The notes beneath the pieces were generated by a model. It was not told the DNA's origin. It ran no database searches and was given only the letters and a program-made list of their open reading frames with translations. From contig JBJMGV010000126.1 of assembly GCA_045807725.1 (NCBI GenBank), forward strand, positions 28,802 to 92,801: a stretch of DNA of 64,000 nt. The letters run 5' to 3'. The DNA is from Blastocatellia bacterium. GTDB lineage: Bacteria; Acidobacteriota; Blastocatellia; UBA7656. Position numbers and translations under genes: made by a program. This document shows, piece after piece, positions 11,784-21,685 of this stretch (the first letter of the stretch is position 1; every line of letters begins with the position of its first letter).

Positions 11784-12662
11784 TTAAGTTCGCGCGCTCG
11801 GCTGCGGCTTGCTCGGCGGCTTCGGCTCGCAGGTGAGCTTCTCGATTTCATTGTTGATCTCGCCGCCGATGAGGATGACTAAGCCGATCAGGTAGAGCCA
11901 CAGCATCAAGACAATCACTGCGCCCAAGCTACCATAGGTTGCGCTGTAGCTCGGCGCGACGCGCAGGTAGATCGAAAACAACCACGACGCGATGGCCGCC
12001 GCAATGGCCGCGAAGATCGCGCCGGGCGTGAGCCAGCGGCAGCGGCCTTTCAAGTCCGGCCCAAAGCGATAGATCGTTCCCGTCGCCATCACCAGCAGCG
12101 CCAGGCCGAGCAGATTGTCCACCGCCGTCCACCATCCCAGCCAGCTTTCGCTGATGCCTGCGAGCCTGCCCAACCACGCCGGCAGCCGGTCGCTCAACAT
12201 AATGATCGCCGAGCCGACAATGACCACCAGCGACAAACCGATGGTTAGCGCCAGCGCAATCAATCGCACCTTCCAGTAGCTGCGCGTCTCTTTGACTTCG
12301 TAAGCGCGGTTGAGCGTGTCAATCAACGCGGCAGTGCCGGTCGAAGCCGCCCACAGCGTGCCGAGTACGCCGAACGAGAGCAAGCCGCCGCCGCTGTTGC
12401 TGGTCACGTCCTGCAAGGTTTCGCGGACGACGCGCATCGCGTCGGGCGGCGCGAGGCGGCGGATTTCACCGAAGATGCTCTCCTGCACGCCGGGCAGAAA
12501 GCCGATCAGGCTGGTCAGAAAGATCAGCATCGGAAAGAGCGCCAGCAGGAAGTAATAACCCAGCTCGGCGGCGGCGCCGAGGACGTTGTCTTCGCCGCTC
12601 TCGCGCCAGACACGGCGAGCGACGCGCTTCATCACGTCGAAGCTGAATCTCAATCTCCGCAT
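11784..12662 (-). CDS. YihY/BrkB-family (RNase BN-like) inner-membrane protein
   Basis: Six predicted TM segments, ...YYFLLALFPMLIFL... YihY signature; internal ATG chosen. Confidence 0.8.
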   Translation of the reverse strand: MRRLRFSFDVMKRVARRVWRESGEDNVLGAAAELGYYFLLALFPMLIFLTSLIGFLPGVQESIFGEIRRLAPPDAMRVVRETLQDVTSNSGGGLLSFGVLGTLWAASTGTAALIDTLNRAYEVKETRSYWKVRLIALALTIGLSLVVIVGSAIIMLSDRLPAWLGRLAGISESWLGWWTAVDNLLGLALLVMATGTIYRFGPDLKGRCRWLTPGAIFAAIAAAIASWLFSIYLRVAPSYSATYGSLGAVIVLMLWLYLIGLVILIGGEINNEIEKLTCEPKPPSKPQPSART

Positions 12663-12808
12663 GCGCTCCCTCCGCCGTTGCGCCCTGAGGGGCGACGCGG
12701 CGACATGGAGACGCAGCGGAAGAAGGCGACCGCAGACGAATCGCCCATCTTTCCCCGTGTCGCCGTGTCGCCGCGTCGCCGCGTCGTTCTTTCTCCGCGT
12801 CGCCTGGC

Positions 12809-14854
12809 TTACCAGATCTGGCAGCGCTCGCTCTCCGGGCGCACCATCGCTTCGCCGGCCTTGCAATGGAAGGCTTCGGCGAACGCGGGCATATTCGACA
12901 GCGGCCCATTGACGCGGAAACGTCCGAGCGGGTGCGGGTCAATCTGGGTTTGCAGGCGCGCGTACTCTGGCCGCACGTTGCTCGCCCAGATTTGCGCCCA
13001 GCCTAAAAAGAAACGCTGCTCCGGCGTGAAGCCATCAATCTCTTTCGGACGCGGCTTGCCTTCGAGCGACTTCTCGAATGCGGCATAGGCCAGCGTCAAT
13101 CCGCCGAGATCGGCGATGCTCTCACCGGCGACCAGCTTACCGTTTTCGTGCAGGCCGGGTTCGACTTCATAGGAGCTGAACTGGTTGACGATGCATTCGG
13201 TACGCTGCTGAAAGTTCTTCAGGTCTTCCTCAGTCCACCAGTTCGCCAGGTTGCCGGCGGCATCGAACTTTGCGCCTTGATCGTCAAAGCCGTGCGTCAT
13301 CTCGTGACCGATGACCGCGCCCATACCGCCATAGTTGACGGCGTCGTCGGCCTGCGGGTCAAAGAACGGCGGCTGCATAATGCCGGCGGGAAAAACAATC
13401 TCGTTCATCGAAGGGTTGTAGTAAGCGTTCACCGTCGGCGGCGTCATTCCCCATTGCGTGCGATCAACCGGCTGGCCGATGCGGCTGAGATTGTAATTGA
13501 AAGCGAACTGATTGGCGTGCAGCACGTTCAACACGTACGGGCCGCGATCAATCGTGAGCGCCGAGTAATCGCGCCACTTTTCGGGATAGCCGATCTTCTT
13601 GGCAAAGGCTTCGAGCTTGGCGGTGGCGCGCTGGCGTGTCACTTCGCTCATCCACGAAAGCGTCTTCAGGTCACTCTTCAACGCGGCGATCAGGTTGCCG
13701 ACCATTTCGAGCGCACGCGCTTTCGCTTGCGGCGTGAACGTCTTCTCGACGTAAATCTCGCCGAGCGCTTCGCCGAGCGCGCGGTCTGTGGTGCGAACGA
13801 CGCGCTTCCATCGCGGCAACATCTCCTGCGTGCCGGTCAGCACTTTGTTGAAGTTGAAATCTTCCTGCTCGAACTTCGACGAAAGATACGGCGCGGCGAC
13901 ATCGATGAGATGCCAGCGCAGGTAGGTCTTCCAATCGGCGAGCGCGACATCCGTGAGGTCTTTATTGATCGCTTTGAAGAACTCAGGATTGTCAACGTTG
14001 ACCGTCGTAATCTCTGGATGGTCGATCTCTTTGAAATAAGCCGACCACGAAAAGTTCGGCATCATCTCTTTGAGTCCGGCCACGTCCATCTTGTGATAAA
14101 CGGCTTCGGGCTGGCGGCGCTGCACGCGCGTCATCGAGAGTTGCGCCAGTCGCGTCTCGATGCTCATCACGGCTTTGGCTTCGGCTGCCGCTTTATCCGT
14201 ATCGTCGCCCAGCAGAGCAAACATGTTCTGAACGTGAGCGGCGTACGCATCGCGCACCTGCTTCGACTTCGCATCGTCTTTGATGTAGTAATCGCGGTCG
14301 GGCAGTCCGAGTCCGGCTTCGCTGACTTGCGCGATGACCTGCGTGCTGTTCTTGAAATCCTGGCGCGCGCCGACGCCGAAAGGCGCGCGAACGCCGAGGC
14401 TCTGCAAGTGCGCGATGGCTGATTGCAGCGCGGCTGCATCGTTGATCTTCTCGATGCGCGCCAGCTCAGCGGCAAGCGGTTGAATGTTCGCGGCTTCGAT
14501 CTTCTCTGTGTCCATACCGCTGGCGTAGAAGTCGCCGATCTTTTGCACGTTGCCGCCGCGCGTGGCTTTGCTATTCCTGGCCGCATCGTCGAGAATCTCG
14601 CGCAGCCTTTCTTGATTCTGCTCTTCGAGCTTATTGAAATTGCCCCATCGCGGATAAGCCGCAGGGATGGGATTGCGAGCGTTCCAGCCGCCGGTGGCGA
14701 ACTTGAAAAAGTCATCGCAGGGCTTGCAGCTTCGATCAAGGTTCGCCGGATCGAAGCCGTGAACGGTGGATGATTGGTTCGCAAAAGCGACCATGAGTTG
14801 CAACGAAACCAGCGCCACAAGCGTTGTGACGCCAAGGAGAATTCTTAGACGCAT
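12809..14854 (-). CDS. M13-family zinc metalloendopeptidase (neprilysin/PepO-like), secreted
   Basis: Signal peptide; VIGHEMTHGFD zinc motif; ...NAYYNP... and C-terminal ...CQIW. Confidence 0.9.
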   Translation of the reverse strand: MRLRILLGVTTLVALVSLQLMVAFANQSSTVHGFDPANLDRSCKPCDDFFKFATGGWNARNPIPAAYPRWGNFNKLEEQNQERLREILDDAARNSKATRGGNVQKIGDFYASGMDTEKIEAANIQPLAAELARIEKINDAAALQSAIAHLQSLGVRAPFGVGARQDFKNSTQVIAQVSEAGLGLPDRDYYIKDDAKSKQVRDAYAAHVQNMFALLGDDTDKAAAEAKAVMSIETRLAQLSMTRVQRRQPEAVYHKMDVAGLKEMMPNFSWSAYFKEIDHPEITTVNVDNPEFFKAINKDLTDVALADWKTYLRWHLIDVAAPYLSSKFEQEDFNFNKVLTGTQEMLPRWKRVVRTTDRALGEALGEIYVEKTFTPQAKARALEMVGNLIAALKSDLKTLSWMSEVTRQRATAKLEAFAKKIGYPEKWRDYSALTIDRGPYVLNVLHANQFAFNYNLSRIGQPVDRTQWGMTPPTVNAYYNPSMNEIVFPAGIMQPPFFDPQADDAVNYGGMGAVIGHEMTHGFDDQGAKFDAAGNLANWWTEEDLKNFQQRTECIVNQFSSYEVEPGLHENGKLVAGESIADLGGLTLAYAAFEKSLEGKPRPKEIDGFTPEQRFFLGWAQIWASNVRPEYARLQTQIDPHPLGRFRVNGPLSNMPAFAEAFHCKAGEAMVRPESERCQIW

Positions 14855-14983
14855 AGGATTGACCTCAATTGGGATTAAAACTACCGAACAAACTTGAAAG
14901 CAAACTTAAAATTCATGATAACAGGTCGCTGCCGGTTGTGCAGCCACTCGAAGCGGATGATTTAGAGAGCGTCCGCGAATGCT

Positions 14984-15775
14984 TCAGAGCAGAGAGCGAA
15001 TCCAGCCGCCGTCAACGGCAATCGAACTGCCGGTGATGTAACTGGCGCGCTCGGAGACGAGGAACGCGGCCAGCGCCGCGAACTCGCGGGCTTCACCCAG
15101 CCGGCGCATCGGAATGTCTGCCTCCCACCGCGCTTTGACCGCCGAAGGCGCGATGCTTTCTTTAGCGGCGATGGCTTCGGCCAGTTGCTCAACGCGCTCT
15201 GTGCGGGTGTAGCCGGGCAAGATATTGTTGACCGTGACGCCGTGCGCGGCGACTTCGTTCGCAAGCGTCCGCGCAAAGCCCGTGACCGCCGCGCGCAGGC
15301 TGTTCGATAGCATCAGATTATCGACGGGCTGCTTAACCGCTATCGACGTGACATTCAATATGCGACCCCAGCCGCGCTGCTTCATCCCCGGCAAAACGAG
15401 TCGCGTGAAATCAATCACACTGTTGAGCACGAGGCGCGTGGCCGCATCCCAGTCTTCGCGGCTGAGACTGTCGAACTGGCCGGCGGGCGGGCCGCCGCCG
15501 TTGGTCACTAGAATGTCTATGCGCCCGAACCGCTCAAGCCCGCGCGCGACGACGCGCTCAACGTCCGCCGTCACCGACACGTCGGCTGTGATGCCGATGA
15601 CGCGACCCTCAACTTTTGAACTCAGCGAAGCGCACACGTCATTCAGCAGCGACTGGCCGCGCGCGCAGAGCACGAGCGATGCGCCCTCTTCGGCCAACTC
15701 TTCGGCGACGGCGCGACCCAGCCCGCGACTGGCCGCTGCCACCAGCGCCACCTTCCCTTTCAGTCCAAGGTCCAT
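14984..15775 (-). CDS. SDR-family oxidoreductase
   Basis: GKVALVAAASRGLGRA Rossmann motif, ...NVTS...Y...K catalytic pattern. Confidence 0.85.
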   Translation of the reverse strand: MDLGLKGKVALVAAASRGLGRAVAEELAEEGASLVLCARGQSLLNDVCASLSSKVEGRVIGITADVSVTADVERVVARGLERFGRIDILVTNGGGPPAGQFDSLSREDWDAATRLVLNSVIDFTRLVLPGMKQRGWGRILNVTSIAVKQPVDNLMLSNSLRAAVTGFARTLANEVAAHGVTVNNILPGYTRTERVEQLAEAIAAKESIAPSAVKARWEADIPMRRLGEAREFAALAAFLVSERASYITGSSIAVDGGWIRSLL

Positions 15776-15778
15776 CGT

Positions 15779-16153
15779 CTACTTGCGCCTCAAATAATCA
15801 TCCGTCTTATCGAGCCAGTCCTGACGCGGCGGGCTGAAGATGTCTACGTCAAGCGTGTCTTCGAGCGCCTCGGCTTTGTGCGGCAGGTTCGGCGGAATGA
15901 CCAGCACTTCGCCGGCGCGGACGATGACTTCTTCGTCGCCGTCTTCGCCGAGCCAGAAACGCAGCGCGCCTTCAAGAATGTAAGTGAGTTGTTCGTTGTC
16001 GTGCGAATGCTTAGGGACGATGCAGCCTTTGTCGAGGTAGACGTGCGCCAGCATCATCCGCTCGCCGGTGATTAAGCGGCGCTGCAACAGGTCGGACACG
16101 CGCTCCTTCGGCATATCGTCCCAACGGTGAAAAGTCGCTTTCGGTGATTGCAT
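15779..16153 (-). CDS. Cupin-domain protein
   Basis: ...HSHDNEQLTYILEG... cupin motifs; stop lies 3 nt from the SDR start (operon). Confidence 0.7.
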   Translation of the reverse strand: MQSPKATFHRWDDMPKERVSDLLQRRLITGERMMLAHVYLDKGCIVPKHSHDNEQLTYILEGALRFWLGEDGDEEVIVRAGEVLVIPPNLPHKAEALEDTLDVDIFSPPRQDWLDKTDDYLRRK

Positions 16154-16165
16154 GCTCTCTCCCAA

Positions 16166-16320
16166 TTTTAGATTTTAGATTTTCATGGCTTAGCGCTTCG
16201 CGCCGGCGATTTTGGATTTTAGATTATGGGGAAACAGCATTCAATGAAACCTGAGGCATTCTGCCAATCCAAAATCGGCATCCAAAATCCAAAATTGATG
16301 ATGGCATAGCCCGTGCTTAT
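16166..16320. repeat. Palindromic element with (GATTTTA/GGATTTT) arms
   Basis: tttagattttagatttt...gattttggattttagatt ... aatccaaaatcggcatccaaaatccaaaatt; same family as 2523-2603 and 55751-55865. Confidence 0.6.
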
Positions 16321-16378
16321 CAATTAGGTGAGATTAAGGGCGATGAAACTCAGCAACAAGCTAATGGAGGATTCGACT

Positions 16379-18031
16379 ATGAATAGAATAAGAGAGACGA
16401 TAGCGCTGGCGCTCGTCTGCGCGCTGCTCGGTTTAACAACCGTAGCGCAAACGCAGACGCGAGATTGGCAGCGCTCAGACCGTTATGATAATCGGCAGGC
16501 CGGACAGCTCGTCGCGCGCATCGATCAGCGCGCCGCTCGTTTCCAGACGACTGTTGAACGCGCCGTCCGGCAGAGCCGCATGGACAACACCCGCCGCGAA
16601 GACAAAATCACGCAGTTTGTCACGGATTTCCGCGAATCTATCACGCAATTGCGCGCCAGCGTCAATCGCAACCAGGCGAGCAACGCCGATGTGCAGATGG
16701 TGCTTGATCGCGCCGCTCGCATTGACGCGTTCCTGCAAGCGCATCAAGGGCTGACCGGCGTTGACAGCGATTGGCAGATGTTGCGCACCGACCTGGATAG
16801 CCTCGCCGGCGCTTATAACATTGCCTGGAGTTGGAGCGATTATGATCAGCGCTACGGCGAGCAGTGGGGCCGTGAAGGCGGCTGGTATAACCGGGACAAT
16901 AACGTGAATGGGCGCGGCGGCAACTGGAATCGAGGCAACTCGGCGGCGGCTCGTTTGTCGGGCACATTCCAACTAAACGCCTCGCAGAGCGACGACGCGC
17001 GTTCGATAGTCGAACGTGCGGTACGTACGCTTCCGAACAATGACCGCCAGCGCGTTTCCGATGCGCTGATGCGGCGCGTTGACGCTCCCGAAATGCTTTC
17101 GATAGACCGGCAGGGACGCACCGTGATGCTGGCTTCGTCGCGCGTCCCGCAATTGACGTTTGAAGCCGACGGGCAGGAACACACCGAAACCTACCCAAAC
17201 AGCAACCGCACCTCGCGCGTCGTAGCGACGCTCACCGGCGACCAGTTGACGATCAACTCGACGGGCGACCGCGCTACGGATTTCAGCGTCACCTTCGACC
17301 CGATCAACAACGGTCGGCAACTGCGCGTGACGCGCCGCCTCTATAGCGAGCGCCTGAACCAGCCCATCGTCGTGCAGAGCACCTACGATCAGGTCTCGCC
17401 GACGGCGCGTTGGGACATCACGACGGGATCGCCTGCTTATGGCGGTAATCGCTATCCGAATGATCGTGGTGGAAACTACGATTCAAACGACTATATGGTA
17501 GCCGACAGCGCGTTGATCGTCGCGCGGCTCAACGATAGCCTCGACACCACCCGCACGCGCGCCGGCGACCGCTTCAGCTTAACGGTCGTGTCGCCGCCGG
17601 AATACCGCGACGCGACGATTGAAGGTCACATCATCGATACCAACCGTTCGGGCCGCGTGACGGGCCGCGCCGAGCTGGCGATGGCCTTCGATTCGATCCG
17701 TATGCAGAATGGGCGCACGGCCCGCTTTGACGGCACGCTCGACAGCGTCCGCACCGCGAACGGCGAAACGCTGCGCGTTGACACTGAAGGCACGGTCAGA
17801 GACGACAGCAGCCAGACCAACAAGACCGTGACGCGTGCGGCGATTGGCACGGCGGTCGGCGCGCTGATCGGCGCGATTGCGGGTGGCGGCAAAGGCGCTG
17901 CTGTCGGCGCAGTAGTCGGCGGCGGAGCCGGGGCCGGCTCGGTCTTCGTTCAGGGCCGCAACGATCTTCAGTTGACGCCCGGAACCGAAATTACCATCCG
18001 CGCATCTGCCCCCAACCGTCGAGCGATGTGA
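16379..18031 (+). CDS. Secreted hypothetical protein with C-terminal glycine-zipper segment
   Basis: Signal peptide MNRIRETIALALVCALLGLTTVAQTQ; Asn/Arg/Gly-rich; C-terminus AIGTAVGALIGAIAGGGKGAAVGAVVGGGAGAG. Confidence 0.6.
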   Translation: MNRIRETIALALVCALLGLTTVAQTQTRDWQRSDRYDNRQAGQLVARIDQRAARFQTTVERAVRQSRMDNTRREDKITQFVTDFRESITQLRASVNRNQASNADVQMVLDRAARIDAFLQAHQGLTGVDSDWQMLRTDLDSLAGAYNIAWSWSDYDQRYGEQWGREGGWYNRDNNVNGRGGNWNRGNSAAARLSGTFQLNASQSDDARSIVERAVRTLPNNDRQRVSDALMRRVDAPEMLSIDRQGRTVMLASSRVPQLTFEADGQEHTETYPNSNRTSRVVATLTGDQLTINSTGDRATDFSVTFDPINNGRQLRVTRRLYSERLNQPIVVQSTYDQVSPTARWDITTGSPAYGGNRYPNDRGGNYDSNDYMVADSALIVARLNDSLDTTRTRAGDRFSLTVVSPPEYRDATIEGHIIDTNRSGRVTGRAELAMAFDSIRMQNGRTARFDGTLDSVRTANGETLRVDTEGTVRDDSSQTNKTVTRAAIGTAVGALIGAIAGGGKGAAVGAVVGGGAGAGSVFVQGRNDLQLTPGTEITIRASAPNRRAM

Positions 18032-18054
18032 TAAGTCGCTTGACGCTCGCAGAA

Positions 18055-18093
18055 GCAAAGAGAGGAGAGCTTGAACGGCTCTCCTCTCTTTGC
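18055..18093 (+). terminator. Hairpin terminator after 16379..18031
   Basis: gcaaagagaggagagc-ttgaac-ggctctcctctctttgc, a 16-bp perfect stem. Confidence 0.5.
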
Positions 18094-18319
18094 TTGCGCC
18101 GGAGGCGCATCAAGAAGGTAGCCAGAGGTTTCACCTCTGGAACCGGCGGCATCAACCCTTCCCGCGTTGAAGACGCGGTAGACGTTCTGGCGCTCCTTCA
18201 GAGCGCGGCGACTGTGTGCGATGTGTTACAGACGTTGCACGTCTCCTGTCCAGACGTTGCACGTCTGGCTACCTTCTCCCTGCCGCTTCGCGGCAACACA
18301 GCTATTTCAAAAACACGCT

Positions 18320-19165
18320 TTAAAACTTCAAGGCGTGCAGGTAATCGTAGCTGATCTTGATGCTGTCGAAAGGTGAGCCGGGCGTCTCGTCCTGCTCGAC
18401 GAAGAAATGTTTGATGCCCGCCTTCTTTGCCTGCGGCAATAGTTGCTTGAAATCAATCACGCCGCGTCCGACTTCGGTAAAAAACTTCTTCGGCGTGTTG
18501 TCCATATCTTTGACGTGCGCCAGCGCGAAACGTCCGGGCTGCGCCGCAAAGTACTTCGCCGGCGACTGACCGGCCTTGGTGATCCAGTAAAGATCAAGCT
18601 CCATCTTGACGAGCTGCGGGCTGGTCTCTTTGAGCATCAAGTCGTAGGGCACGACGCCGTTGATCGCCGGGAACTCGAAGTCGTGATTGTGATAGGCCAA
18701 CTGCACGCCGGCCTTTCGACAGGTCTCGCCGGCTTTGTTCAGGGACTCGATGACGCCCTTGTAATCGTCGAGCGTCTTGCGCTCATCGGGGTTCAGGTAA
18801 GCGAGCACGAGATAACGATGGCCGATGACGTGCGCCGCCTCGATCAACTGGTCGAGGTTCTGGCGCAGCCCCTGCAATTGCGTGTGCGCTGACGGCGCGG
18901 TCAGGTTGTTCTTATCGAGGATGGCTTTGACCTGCTGCGGCGTGCGGTTGTAGTAACCGGCGAACTCGACTTCTTTGTAGCCGAGAGCGGCGACGCGCTG
19001 GAGCGAGCCTTCAAAATCTTTCTCAAGCTCGCGGCGCACGGTGTAGAGCTGCAGGCCGATGCGGTCAATGCCGCTTTTGACGTAACTGCCCAGGCCGTCT
19101 CTCGCAAGCAGGCCACAGGCGAGGCCGCCCGCCATTGCGGTGATGAATTGTCTGCGATGAATCAC
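18320..19165 (-). CDS. Sugar phosphate isomerase/epimerase (xylose-isomerase-like TIM barrel), Tat-exported
   Basis: RRQFITAMAGG Tat motif; AP-endonuclease-2 / xylose-isomerase-like fold motifs (...HVKD..., ...EQDE...). Confidence 0.85.
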   Translation of the reverse strand: MIHRRQFITAMAGGLACGLLARDGLGSYVKSGIDRIGLQLYTVRRELEKDFEGSLQRVAALGYKEVEFAGYYNRTPQQVKAILDKNNLTAPSAHTQLQGLRQNLDQLIEAAHVIGHRYLVLAYLNPDERKTLDDYKGVIESLNKAGETCRKAGVQLAYHNHDFEFPAINGVVPYDLMLKETSPQLVKMELDLYWITKAGQSPAKYFAAQPGRFALAHVKDMDNTPKKFFTEVGRGVIDFKQLLPQAKKAGIKHFFVEQDETPGSPFDSIKISYDYLHALKF

Positions 19166-19309
19166 GCTCGGTCCCTCCGATTGATTGAAGATTGCATTCA
19201 GCGATTGATGACAAGCTGCGCGGACTAATCAAACCACAAAAGCTCACGCGTCGCCAGCCACGCGGCGCAAACCGTTTCGCGCTTCACTGATTGACCGCGA
19301 GCGTGAGAG

Positions 19310-19437
19310 AATCGCTTCTCGCCATTAAGAATTATGCAGCCATTCACGCCGCTAAGGATTATGCAACCGTTCGCGCCGCTAAGAACTATGCAGCCGTTCG
19401 CGCCGCTAAGGATTATGCAGCCGTTCACGCCGCGTAG
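19310..19437. repeat. 30-bp tandem repeat x4
   Basis: attatgcagccattcacgccgctaagg(a/a)... repeated four times with few substitutions. Confidence 0.75.
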
Positions 19438-19544
19438 CGGCGGGTGAGTTTAGCCAGGCGTTTCAACGCCTGGAAGTCAACGGCGCGGTGATCGCGTCGC
19501 GTCAGCGACGCCTGAATGCCCGCCGATTCAAGCGTCGCTGACGC

Positions 19545-19735
19545 GACGCCATCGCATTATGCTGATAGGTGCAGGCACTAAAGTACCTGCCTAAATTCAT
19601 CTGCCGCTACGCGGCTTTCAATGCAGGCATTGAAATGCCTGCCTAAATTCAATTGCCGCTACGCGGCTTTCGGTGCAGACACTAAAGTGCCTGCTTAAAT
19701 TCATCTGCCGCTACGCGGCTTGTTGAAATGATTTT
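19545..19735. repeat. ~58-bp tandem repeat x3, each unit containing a hairpin
   Basis: ggtgcaggcactaaagtacctgcctaaattcatctgccgctacgcggctttc x3; internal gcaggca-N6-tgcctgc stem. Confidence 0.75.
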
Positions 19736-19759
19736 TTTCTCTAGCCGGAGACAACAGAT

Positions 19760-20386
19760 ATGAAGGCCTTACAAACCATCTCAGTCCTTGCGGTCATAAT
19801 CGCAATAGCAAATGCCAGCCAGTGGCAATCTTTATTCGATGGCAAGACGATGCGCGGCTGGCAGTTGAAAGCCGTGCACGGCGGGCGCGGCGGCGTCTGG
19901 TTGAGCGAAGGCGGCGCGCTCGTCGCCAATCAAGACACAGATCACACGGGCGGGCTGCTCGGCACTGAGGCGCAGTTTTCCAACTTTGAAATCGAACTGG
20001 AGTTCAAAGCCGACTATCCCGTAGACACCGGCCTCTTCCTGCGCACGCGACCCGATGGTATGGGCTATCAGGTGACGATTGATTACCGTGATGACGGTTT
20101 CGTCGGCAGCCTCTACGCGCCAGCGGAAGGCGGCTTCCTTGTTCAGTACAAAGACTGGCAGAAAGCTTACCGCAAGGACGGCTGGAACAAACTGCGGGCG
20201 CGCATCACCGGCCAGCCGGCGCACATCACCGCGTGGCTCAACGGCGTGCAGACGATTGACTTCACCGACACGCGCGAGCGTTATCCCGCGAGCGGCTACG
20301 TCGGCTTGCAGGTGCACGGCGGCGAAGGCGCATGGGGCAACACGAGCCGCGCCCGCTTTCGCCACATCCGCATCCGCTCGTTATAA
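19760..20386 (+). CDS. DUF1080 (3-keto-disaccharide hydrolase-like) secreted protein
   Basis: Signal peptide; ...FDGKTMRGWQ...; ...GYVGLQVHGGEG...RFRHIRIR. Confidence 0.85.
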   Translation: MKALQTISVLAVIIAIANASQWQSLFDGKTMRGWQLKAVHGGRGGVWLSEGGALVANQDTDHTGGLLGTEAQFSNFEIELEFKADYPVDTGLFLRTRPDGMGYQVTIDYRDDGFVGSLYAPAEGGFLVQYKDWQKAYRKDGWNKLRARITGQPAHITAWLNGVQTIDFTDTRERYPASGYVGLQVHGGEGAWGNTSRARFRHIRIRSL

Positions 20387-20544
20387 CATCAGCGTGACGC
20401 CGCCCCGTTTCAAAAGACTGTCCATTACAGCACGGATTTTTATGCCGCGATGAGTTTTATTGATCAACTTTTGCGGCGCAGCGACCGTACAACAGGGCAA
20501 AGCGCAAACATATACAGCAGTCTTAACCCAGAGGATGAGGCGGC

Positions 20545-21684
20545 ATGAAATTCAGTAAGCTGATACTCAAGAATATTCTGCGTAACAAGCGGCGCTCGCT
20601 GTTGACCATCTCCAGTCTGATCGTGTCGCTGTTCCTCATCATCACGCTGGCAACGATACTCACCGAATTCTCGCGCGGAACGGAAGAGGCCAACCCGTCG
20701 CGGCTGATCACGCGCCACAACGTCTCGCTCGCCTTTCCGATGCCGGCGGCTTACCGCCAACGCATCGCGGCTATTCCCGGCGTCAAGGACGTGATGCGGT
20801 TCAGTTGGTTCGGCGGCATCTACAAAGACGAGAAAAACTTCTTCGCCAACTTCGCCTGCGACGCCGAAAAACTACGCGGCATTATGACCGAGCTGAAGAT
20901 GTCGGACGCCGAGTGGCAAGCCTTCGTCAGTGATCGGCAGGGCGCGGTTGTCGGCAAGAAGCTCGTGCAGCTTTATGGCTTCACGCCCGGCCAGCGCGTC
21001 ACCTTGAAAAGCCCGATCTACAACGCCGATGTCGAGTTCATCATTCGCGGCGTCTGCACGGGCGGCGACGAAAAGTCGCTCTACTTTCATCACGACTACC
21101 TCAACGAGTTGGTCCCGGCGTGGGCCAAAGACAAGTCGGGTATGTTCAACATACTCGCCAACAGCCCGGCGGACGTGCCGCGCATCGCACAGGCGGTCGA
21201 TTCGATGTTCATCAACACCGATGCGCCGACGAAGACCGAAAGCGAACGCGAGTTCGGTTTGAGCTTTCAAGCCATGATGGGCAACGTCAAGCAGTTTATG
21301 TATGGCATTATGGGCGCGATCACGTTTTCGCTGCTGCTGGTGATGGCCAACACAATGGCGATGAGCGTCCGCGAGCGCACGCGCGAAGTCGGCACGCTCA
21401 AGGCTCTCGGCTTTCAGCGCGGCACTATCGCGTGGCTCTTTGTCGGCGAGTCGCTGGTGATGGCGCTGTTGGGCGCGGCGCTCGGCGTGGCGCTGGCGGT
21501 GATGATCTTCCGCGCGGTCGATATGAGCCTCTACATTCCCAATTTTGCATCGTTCAAGCCAGCCCCCGAAACGCTCGCTGCCGCGTTCGTCCTGGCGCTG
21601 GTGATCGGCGTGTCGAGCGTCGTCATTTCGGCTTATCGCGTATCGGGGCTGACCATCGCGGACGCCTTGCGGAGCACGGAATAA
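20545..21684 (+). CDS. ABC transporter permease (FtsX/MacB-like)
   Basis: N-terminal TM, large periplasmic domain, C-terminal FtsX four-TM bundle. Confidence 0.85.
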   Translation: MKFSKLILKNILRNKRRSLLTISSLIVSLFLIITLATILTEFSRGTEEANPSRLITRHNVSLAFPMPAAYRQRIAAIPGVKDVMRFSWFGGIYKDEKNFFANFACDAEKLRGIMTELKMSDAEWQAFVSDRQGAVVGKKLVQLYGFTPGQRVTLKSPIYNADVEFIIRGVCTGGDEKSLYFHHDYLNELVPAWAKDKSGMFNILANSPADVPRIAQAVDSMFINTDAPTKTESEREFGLSFQAMMGNVKQFMYGIMGAITFSLLLVMANTMAMSVRERTREVGTLKALGFQRGTIAWLFVGESLVMALLGAALGVALAVMIFRAVDMSLYIPNFASFKPAPETLAAAFVLALVIGVSSVVISAYRVSGLTIADALRSTE

Positions 21685-21685
21685 T

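Noticed and set aside
19225-19428. ORF encoding NGCIILSGA x4
   Set aside because: It is simply the in-frame reading of the 30-bp tandem repeat in a promoter region. No start context, so unlikely to be coding.
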